From positions 3,008,001-3,072,000 of the forward strand of contig OZ241986.1 in the NCBI GenBank assembly GCA_965204375.1: DNA of 64,000 nt, read 5' to 3'. Below the pieces are notes generated by a model. The model had not been told where the DNA came from, searched no databases, and saw only the letters and a program-made list of their open reading frames with translations. Positions 57,718-64,000 of this stretch are shown piece by piece (positions within the stretch are counted from its first letter, which is position 1; each line of letters opens with the position of its first letter). The position numbers and the translations under genes were made by a program. This stretch comes from Candidatus Latescibacterota bacterium (GTDB lineage Bacteria > Latescibacterota > UBA2968).

Positions 57718-58560
57718 TTATCCCGACAGCCCCCAAATCTCAGCCGCGGTCCCGCCCAGAATGCGTTCTATATCCCCATCCGCAAGAAAGGGCAGCCCCT
57801 CGCGAATAAGGCGGAGTTCATCGGCAAGCGTGGGCCAATTGTGTTCGACCCGATGATGCCCAGGATAACCAGTCCCCCAGACTGTGCGCTGTGCCGTAAA
57901 AACCGCCAGCGCCGCCTCAATATAGGGATGAACATCCTCGTACGGATGAACTTTTTGCGAACGCCCAGCGACATCCGAGAGTTTAAAAAACACATTATCA
58001 AAACGCGCCAGATCCAGCACAGGCTGATAATCCGCAAGCGGGCGGTCTATCTGCGGGTATCCCATGTGGTCCAAAATGAGAACCGTATCCGGACACCGCT
58101 GAGCAATCGCGGCGACCTGATCCGCATCTTCGGGCCGCAAATGAAACTGGATAACAGCATCGAGAGCCGCGATCTCTTCCCACATCGGACCGTTCTGCTC
58201 CGTAAGCAGAATCTTTTCATCGGGATAGTACATCGGATGCAAGCGAAACCCAACCAGACCGCGCTCCCGAACCCAGTAGCGCACCTGCTCGGCATTATCG
58301 GGATCCTGGGGATCAACAAGACCATGCCCGACAAACCGATCTGGGTAGCGAACCACCGAGTCCGCGATATAACCGTTATCCCAAGTGGACCAACTCGTTT
58401 GCACGAGCACAGTCCAATCCACCCCCTCGGCATCCATATCGGCCAAAAGTTCCTCGGCAGTACCCGGCTCATCCGGATAGCTATTCCAGGTCGGTGCAGT
58501 GGGACCAACCGGATACTTATCCGAAATTTCCCAGATGTGAACGTGCGTATCGACAATCAT
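57718..58560 (-). CDS. Amidohydrolase_2 family protein
   Basis: VDTHVHIW, ILDHMGYP, FKLS, WGTGYP. Confidence 0.9.
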   Translation of the reverse strand: MIVDTHVHIWEISDKYPVGPTAPTWNSYPDEPGTAEELLADMDAEGVDWTVLVQTSWSTWDNGYIADSVVRYPDRFVGHGLVDPQDPDNAEQVRYWVRERGLVGFRLHPMYYPDEKILLTEQNGPMWEEIAALDAVIQFHLRPEDADQVAAIAQRCPDTVLILDHMGYPQIDRPLADYQPVLDLARFDNVFFKLSDVAGRSQKVHPYEDVHPYIEAALAVFTAQRTVWGTGYPGHHRVEHNWPTLADELRLIREGLPFLADGDIERILGGTAAEIWGLSG

Positions 58561-58630
58561 AAAGAAATCCTAAGTGATGTAACCACGCCTCTGAATCTAT
58601 CCCAACAGGACGTTTCATCAAGGGAGCAAC

Positions 58631-58963
58631 CTAAGTGGAATGACTCATTTGCAGTTTGTTTTCCCGTGTTTCTATCGAAAATTTAAATCCTAATCCATGT
58701 AGAATTTTGCCCATCGTGTTGAGTTGCGGATTTCCATTCTCAGAAAGGGCTTTATAAAGTCCCTCACGGGTCAGGCTAACGCGCTCGGCTAACTTAGACA
58801 TGCCACCTTGTGCCTCTGCGACATCTCTCACCGCCAGTAAAAACGCCTCTATATCCCCATTTTGCTCATAATCCTCAAGAGCAACGGAAAGATATATCTT
58901 CGCGTCCTCTGGATCGCGTAGCTGCTCAATGTGATAGTCTTTGAAGTCTCTATATTTACTCAT
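58631..58963 (-). CDS. Addiction-module antidote (HI1420-like HTH antitoxin)
   Basis: GMSKLAE...REGLYKALSENGNP...LGF. Confidence 0.9.
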   Translation of the reverse strand: MSKYRDFKDYHIEQLRDPEDAKIYLSVALEDYEQNGDIEAFLLAVRDVAEAQGGMSKLAERVSLTREGLYKALSENGNPQLNTMGKILHGLGFKFSIETRENKLQMSHST

Positions 58964-59288
58964 TTTCTGACTCCCTTGAATTATGTTCTTTCCAGTCTGC
59001 TTTTGCCTTTTCTATATCTCGACTTTGCGAACCTTTATCACCGCCTCGCAATAGCAAAATGGTATCATCTGCTATTCGGCCAAAGTAAATCCGGTACCCT
59101 GCACCAAACTGCAACCGAAATTCAAATACACCGTCTCCCACTAAGCGATAATCGCCTAAATTCCCAGTTTCTTGAACTCGTCTCAGGCGACTTCGGATTC
59201 TGGCAACCGTCACTTTATCCCTGATATGAGAAAGCCACTCCGTAAAAGGTTCTGTTCCATTTGGGTTATGATATATTTTTACGTCCAT
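58956..59288 (-). CDS. RelE/ParE-family addiction-module toxin (HI1419-like)
   Basis: PFTEWL, GNLGD, VGDGVFEFR, GAGYRIYF, GGDKGSQSRDI. Confidence 0.92.
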   Translation of the reverse strand: MDVKIYHNPNGTEPFTEWLSHIRDKVTVARIRSRLRRVQETGNLGDYRLVGDGVFEFRLQFGAGYRIYFGRIADDTILLLRGGDKGSQSRDIEKAKADWKEHNSRESENE

Positions 59289-59294
59289 AATATA

Positions 59295-59323
59295 ATTGTA
59301 AACTATAGTTCACAAATTGTCAA
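59295..59323 (-). promoter_or_regulatory. Consensus sigma70 promoter with palindromic operator; probably leaderless transcript
   Basis: TTGACA-17-TACAAT on the minus strand with ATG 6 nt downstream; TGTAAACTA|TAGTTCACA palindrome at 59297-59314. Confidence 0.8.
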
Positions 59324-59380
59324 AGAAAAGTCTCTCGATACAGTTTTCATAAGTCAGGTAACGCACTTCTACCAAAAACC

Positions 59381-59413
59381 AAAAGCCCGATGGATCAGTG
59401 TACCATCGGGCTT
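59381..59413. repeat. Palindromic REP/terminator-like element, copy 1
   Basis: AAGCCCGATGG-ATCAGTGTA-CCATCGGGCTT. Confidence 0.75.
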
Positions 59414-59455
59414 AGTCATAGAGTTTGAGGGATGTGCATAATTCATATAATCGCG

Positions 59456-60361
59456 TCACGCATCCAACGCTTGCTCAAATGCCTCAAGGCTGGACACCTG
59501 AATCGCCGTACGATGCAACTGCTTCAGACGGTGCAAATCTTCAATAGCGGCAATGCGTGTGGATAGAGGGTGCGCTTCGCGCAAGTCAAATCGAATCTCC
59601 AACACTTCGAGGATATCTTCGAGCGTGCTTTTTCTTTCGCCCTGCTCAATACCTTGCTCAATACCTTGCTCAATACCCAGTTGCTTAATGTATTGTGCAA
59701 ATGATGATTCGCGCATAATAGCATCCATAAGACCCTCCTGTAATAGAATACGATTGATCAGTATCGGATCATACTCTAACCCACTCAATATCATCAACCT
59801 ACCCAAAAAGTCAACCTTTATTGATTCATCCACCCGCAGAGCATTCGTCGCGTCAACACAGTGACGCAACCAGGCCTCTGAATCTATCCCAGCAGGATGT
59901 TTCATCAAGGGGACGAATGGAAACAAGCCCGAAGGTCCGCCATCTATAATCTCCTGTCCTTCTATCTCACTCAGCCGAACCACTGTGTATTCTATCACAA
60001 CGTGACGGCCGGATATTTCCTGAATAAAGTGCCCCGGATCGCGCCGACCTGCATTGCGCCGCAAATAGATCACACTGGAATAAATCGGCAGGTCATGCTG
60101 CTCTATCGCACGTATAATGTAGCCTGCCATGCGGAGCGGCATAGATGGATCGTCAGTGGTTTGAAACTCGTGATGTATCAATGCCTCCTTGCCCGCGATA
60201 TGGACGCGGATGAGGCTATCGGTATATCGTGTTTCAACCGTGGTTTGCTCTGTGTCGAGTATGTCGAGGACTTCTACATCGTCCTGTCCAAATGTGAGTC
60301 GGATAAAGTCTTTTGGATAGGTCTGGATGAGATGTTTGGAGATGGTGTCATATTCGGCCAT
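59456..60361 (-). CDS. Rpn/YhgA-like (recombination-promoting nuclease family) protein
   Basis: TDSLI...HHEFQT, MPLRMAGY, GIEQGIEQGIEQG repeats (12-bp DNA repeats at 59643-59677), C-terminal helical domain. Confidence 0.85.
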   Translation of the reverse strand: MAEYDTISKHLIQTYPKDFIRLTFGQDDVEVLDILDTEQTTVETRYTDSLIRVHIAGKEALIHHEFQTTDDPSMPLRMAGYIIRAIEQHDLPIYSSVIYLRRNAGRRDPGHFIQEISGRHVVIEYTVVRLSEIEGQEIIDGGPSGLFPFVPLMKHPAGIDSEAWLRHCVDATNALRVDESIKVDFLGRLMILSGLEYDPILINRILLQEGLMDAIMRESSFAQYIKQLGIEQGIEQGIEQGERKSTLEDILEVLEIRFDLREAHPLSTRIAAIEDLHRLKQLHRTAIQVSSLEAFEQALDA

Positions 60362-60677
60362 GTGGAATGCCCTGAGTCTGATGGGTGAATTTTATCAGAC
60401 ACAAAGCAAATATCGCGCCAACATCTCAGAATGGCGCGATAAATTATATGGACAGAAGCTCAAGTGCCCCTCATCATGCTTTTAATATGCTATATTGCGC
60501 CCTTAACTTGAATGTACGGATCGCCTTTGGAGGCACATGCAAACGGAACGCACCTGAATATAAAAGTGTACGTTTTGATCCATGAATGATGGGCTATCGT
60601 GAAAGATTTTTACATTAAAAAAATAGCGGTCTGCCGAGAATCGGCCTCCCGCGCTGTGCTCAATGGATTTTTTTATC

Positions 60678-61549
60678 TCATCCATACGTCCACTCACGTT
60701 GAAACCCCTGCTGTTCTGCAATTGACATGAGAGGTTTCAATGTTCTGTGATAGGCACATTTCAATTTTTCAAAATCCAGAGTGTCCTCGGGCTTATCAAT
60801 ATGCAAGTCGGTAATATAAGGCTCCACATCCTTTTCCCATTTGTTATTGCTAAAACTGTCTCGGGCGATAGATAGCGCAGCGCAGTAAGTCTCAGCTAAG
60901 CGGTCAATATATGTTTCCGATGGGAAATGATCACTTTTAGATCTATTTGCATGGGGATCAACGGGAATTAGATTCCACAACTGATTGTGCGCTACAAATT
61001 TCCAGGGCAAAAAATGATCCAAATCATAACTGTGATCCAGATTGTTTTCCGTGTAAATACACCGGATATCCGTTTCGTCAATAACAGTATCCCAGAATCT
61101 TCGCTGTGCATTGAGAGACTCCCTCCGATCTGGAGGAAACAATTTCCGCGTCACAGCAGGAATACCCGGATTGCGTCGCTGCATATAATCTGCCCAGTAC
61201 CACAGTGTCCAACCCTCAAGAATTGTTAGATGTTGCTCTAAATAAGCGATCCAGTCTGGATGCAAAAAGATACATTGTCAATAGGTGGGATCAATTCCAA
61301 AGCTGAAGAAATTTTGTCCTGAGTACCAAATGAAAGTCTGAAAAAGACCTGTGGATACCAGGCAGTAACCAGCATCTCAATCTCTATATCTTTCAAAAGG
61401 ATACCGTTATCAATCTCTAAATTTCTATCCTTTAGCAAAGTCAGTAGCGAAAAGAAAAAGAGATACTTGTATGAATTGGTCGTATGCCTGAATAATCCGC
61501 TCAGTGTCGCAATATCAAGTTGATCTGAATGTGGTAATTGCTGAGTCAT
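60678..61549 (-). pseudogene. HNH endonuclease split by a frameshift and probable internal deletion
   Basis: N-terminal half (TTNSYKY...AWYP) at 61238-61549 and C-terminal half (CIYT...LDHFLPW...WNLIP...NRSKSD) at 60678-61265 are in different frames. Confidence 0.8.
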
Positions 61550-61572
61550 AGGAGATCATTCCATTACAGATG

Positions 61573-61812
61573 TCAGACTTTACCACCCGTGCCAGAAGGC
61601 ACTGCACTATTTTCTTTCGTGACGCGAATCAAAAATCGCAGTGCCTCATTCACAGACTCTGCATCTGGAAACACCTCGGCAACATCAGGCGCTAACTGGA
61701 CAACGGATCTACCAAAGTGCTTGCGCTCAGGCCCAACTTTTCTCACCTGCAAGGCTCGCAAATCATACTCTGGCCGAAGTTCATCCTGTGTTGTTTTCTC
61801 ATCCTTCCTCAT
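61573..61812 (-). CDS. BrnA-like antitoxin
   Basis: DELRPEYD, LAPDVAEVFPDAESVNEALR; overlaps the BrnT gene. Confidence 0.8.
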   Translation of the reverse strand: MRKDEKTTQDELRPEYDLRALQVRKVGPERKHFGRSVVQLAPDVAEVFPDAESVNEALRFLIRVTKENSAVPSGTGGKV

Positions 61813-62077
61813 AAGCTTGTCTCTCCTTGCGGGTTGTTTCTCTTGCATTAATCAAACGAATCACATCTTCGCGCTCAGCGTATGATACAATTAACAAACG
61901 ACCGAGCTTTGATTGTCCGACGATAATATAACGATGCTCATCATAAGAGTGGTCGGGATCGTAGAAATCAACATAAAGTGCATCTTCAAAGACAGTTTTT
62001 GCTTCATCAAATGCCACACCGTGCTTTGACAGATTCGCGGCTGCTTTGTTCTCATCCCACTCAAATCCCATTGACAT
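61799..62077 (-). CDS. BrnT-family toxin
   Basis: FEWDENKAAANLSKHGVAF, DPDHS, RLINAR. Confidence 0.92.
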   Translation of the reverse strand: MSMGFEWDENKAAANLSKHGVAFDEAKTVFEDALYVDFYDPDHSYDEHRYIIVGQSKLGRLLIVSYAEREDVIRLINARETTRKERQAYEEG

Positions 62078-62135
62078 AAGCCTAAAACCCGATATATCAG
62101 AGAGATCGCTCCCTGCGCTTCAGCGATCAAAATTG

Positions 62136-62462
62136 TCATTTTAGTGTGTCGGACATTTCTACAATTCTATCAATGAGTGGGCGATAAGTCGAGTTGTGCA
62201 AATGTTCCTTGTACCATTCCGAAAATGTTCCTGCTTCTAAGTGTTCTTGAATCATTCGATTTTCTTCCAGTAATGTCCATAGATTATGGGTAGCTCGGTT
62301 ACAACAGCCATAGATGCGGTTTGCTTTAAGACCATTTATCCCATATTGTTGACAGGCGGGACATTGACATTCTATCAATCTTTTCCATTCTTGTTGACTT
62401 GGCTTGCGTATTTTCCAATTACCAAGTTCAGCTACTGCACGATCTCCAATGCCCGTTAGGCA
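62136..62462 (-). pseudogene. C-terminal fragment of a tRNA-guanine transglycosylase-like (TGT/DpdA-like) protein
   Basis: CQCPAC-x(22)-HN zinc motif; open frame runs back to a stop at 62463-62465 with no credible start. Confidence 0.6.
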
Positions 62463-62530
62463 CTAATCAATATACTCAAGGGGTTGAGATTCCACAAGTT
62501 GACAGGTATATCAATAAACGGCTAAAAAAT

Positions 62531-62568
62531 AAAAGCCCGATGAATAACTGATCCACCGAGCTTTTTTT
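62531..62568. repeat. Palindromic REP/terminator-like element, copy 2 (inverted relative to 59381)
   Basis: AAAGCCCGATGAATAACTGATCCACCGAGCTTT; its reverse complement aligns with copy 1; lies downstream of the ABC permease gene. Confidence 0.7.
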
Positions 62569-62585
62569 AATTTCACTATCCCAAT

Positions 62586-64000
62586 CTACTCATGCCGCAA
62601 CGCTTCCACAGGATTGGACAGCGCCGCGCGAAGGGCGTGAAAACTCACGGTAAACAACGCAATTGCCAATGCGACTGCGCCACTCAAAACAAATATCCAC
62701 CACGAAAGATCCGTGCGATAGACAAACCCATCCAGCCAACTACGCATCGCAAAATACGCAACCGGCCAGGCAAACAGATTCGCAACCAAAACCATAATTG
62801 CAAATGTCCTACAAATCAGCATCACAATATTCGAAACACTCGCACCCAAAACCTTTCGCACCCCAATCTCTTTCACACGCTGCTCAACGGCAAATGCAGC
62901 AAGGCCAAAAAGGCCCATACACGCGAGCAAAATCGCCATCCCCGAAGAGAGCAATGTCAGCGCCTGCGCCCGTTGTTCTGCAGAATACATATATTCAAAT
63001 TGCTGGTCCCACATCATATAATCAAACGGCTGATCTGCAGGAGCGAAACGCTTCCAGGTCTCTTCAAAAAAAGCGAGCGTCTCTTCCAGACCCTCGGTTT
63101 TGACGCGCGCGCCCAGATTGTAAAACTGCTGGTGTCGAATCGTCAGCGCAATAGGACCAATTTCCTCTCGTAGCGGACTGAAGTGAAAATCTTTCACCAC
63201 GCCAATCACCGTCCCCTTTCGATTCCTCTCCCGATCAACCCACTCAAAAGACTTGCCAATAGGATCATCCCAACCGAGCCGCTCAACTGCTGTTTCATTG
63301 ATGATAAAAGCCTTCGACGTGTCCGTGGAAAACGCAATCGGATCAAATTTGCGTCCTTCTACCAGTTCAATTTGAAACACATCGAGATAATCTTCATCAA
63401 CCTCCAGAAGCGGCATGCGCCAGTCCGTGCCCTCGTGACCCTCTGCCCGAATGGTTCGGATAATACCCCCACTCCAACCAACCCGCCAGCGATAAGCCGT
63501 TGCCTCAAGCGCATTTGGATGGGCAAGGAATGCCTCTTTCACCGTAGCATAACGGGCAGCGAGCTTTTGACCCGGATCTAATTTCGTTTCCTGGTCGAGA
63601 ACAAATATGGGCATGAGTACCATCTGCTCCATATTAAGACCCAGGTGCTTATTTTTAATATAATCGAGTTGCTGATAGATCACCCCCGTACTCGCAAGCA
63701 GGGTAATAGAAATTGCAAACTGCACGACCACCAACCCCTTTCGGATCCACTGCCCCCGAGAACCCGAGCGAAACGTCCCCTTTAGCGTCTCTGTGGGTTC
63801 ATACGCCGAAAGAAAAAATGCGGGATAAATACCGGCAAATAGCCCGACGATTATGGCAATACCAATCAAAACAAATGCGAGTACAGGATCGCTCGACAAA
63901 TTCAACTTGATCTGCTTGTAGAAAAACGCGTTAAACTCGGGAAGCACGAGTTCGACAGCACTAAGCGCGAGCACAAGCGCAATCAATGCCGTGAGAACAG
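62586..64000 (-). CDS. MacB/FtsX-family ABC transporter permease, C-terminal part (5' end outside window)
   Basis: LVVVQFAIS, GVVKDFH, LACMGLFGL, KEIGVRKVLGAS, NPVEALRHE. Confidence 0.93.
   Translation of the reverse strand, partial: VLTALIALVLALSAVELVLPEFNAFFYKQIKLNLSSDPVLAFVLIGIAIIVGLFAGIYPAFFLSAYEPTETLKGTFRSGSRGQWIRKGLVVVQFAISITLLASTGVIYQQLDYIKNKHLGLNMEQMVLMPIFVLDQETKLDPGQKLAARYATVKEAFLAHPNALEATAYRWRVGWSGGIIRTIRAEGHEGTDWRMPLLEVDEDYLDVFQIELVEGRKFDPIAFSTDTSKAFIINETAVERLGWDDPIGKSFEWVDRERNRKGTVIGVVKDFHFSPLREEIGPIALTIRHQQFYNLGARVKTEGLEETLAFFEETWKRFAPADQPFDYMMWDQQFEYMYSAEQRAQALTLLSSGMAILLACMGLFGLAAFAVEQRVKEIGVRKVLGASVSNIVMLICRTFAIMVLVANLFAWPVAYFAMRSWLDGFVYRTDLSWWIFVLSGAVALAIALFTVSFHALRAALSNPVEALRHE

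Noticed and set aside
56660-58686. Long + strand ORFs (398 aa and 281 aa)
   Set aside because: Antisense to well-supported DAO and amidohydrolase genes
59456-60361. IS element, since Rpn is often annotated as a transposase
   Set aside because: No terminal inverted repeats or target duplication; the family is better supported as a nuclease/TA protein
60385-60660. Small ORFs or a gene remnant between Rpn and HNH
   Set aside because: No recognisable motif or RBS; only a hairpin at ~60411-60441, insufficient to call

Overview
Gene-dense bacterial window, almost entirely + strand to ~55.2 kb and - strand after that. It holds several sulfatases, PhyH dioxygenases, ankyrin/HEAT/TPR proteins, an Rpn gene and many toxin-antitoxin pairs. 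That content suggests a host-associated or marine candidate-phylum genome such as Latescibacterota; this is inference and cannot be proven here. In order: fabD-fabG-acpP-fabF-rnc-lipoate ligase; an uncharacterised module built around an orphan GlmL/MutL-type ATPase and DUF6754-like/membrane proteins; oppDF-like ATPases; a metallopeptidase-PD40-Omp85 protein; a sulfatase/fucosidase cluster; purT, mnmA, pheA, a LutB-like fusion and a YtrA-ABC operon. Next is a compositionally distinct island (44-52 kb), then an EndoQ-UvrD fusion, and a TA/defence-debris region (58.6-62.5 kb). The top candidate for a new system is the island. A 1600-aa kinase-STAND-TPR-GAF-sigma54 activator is followed by three palindromic enhancer sites, IHF-like sites and a perfect sigma54 promoter. 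That promoter drives a 59-aa single-Cys precursor peptide and an RRE-radical SAM-SPASM maturase, followed by a second, sensor-less sigma54 activator. No rRNA, tRNA or CRISPR array was found. All family calls are from motifs read by eye; no database search was run.
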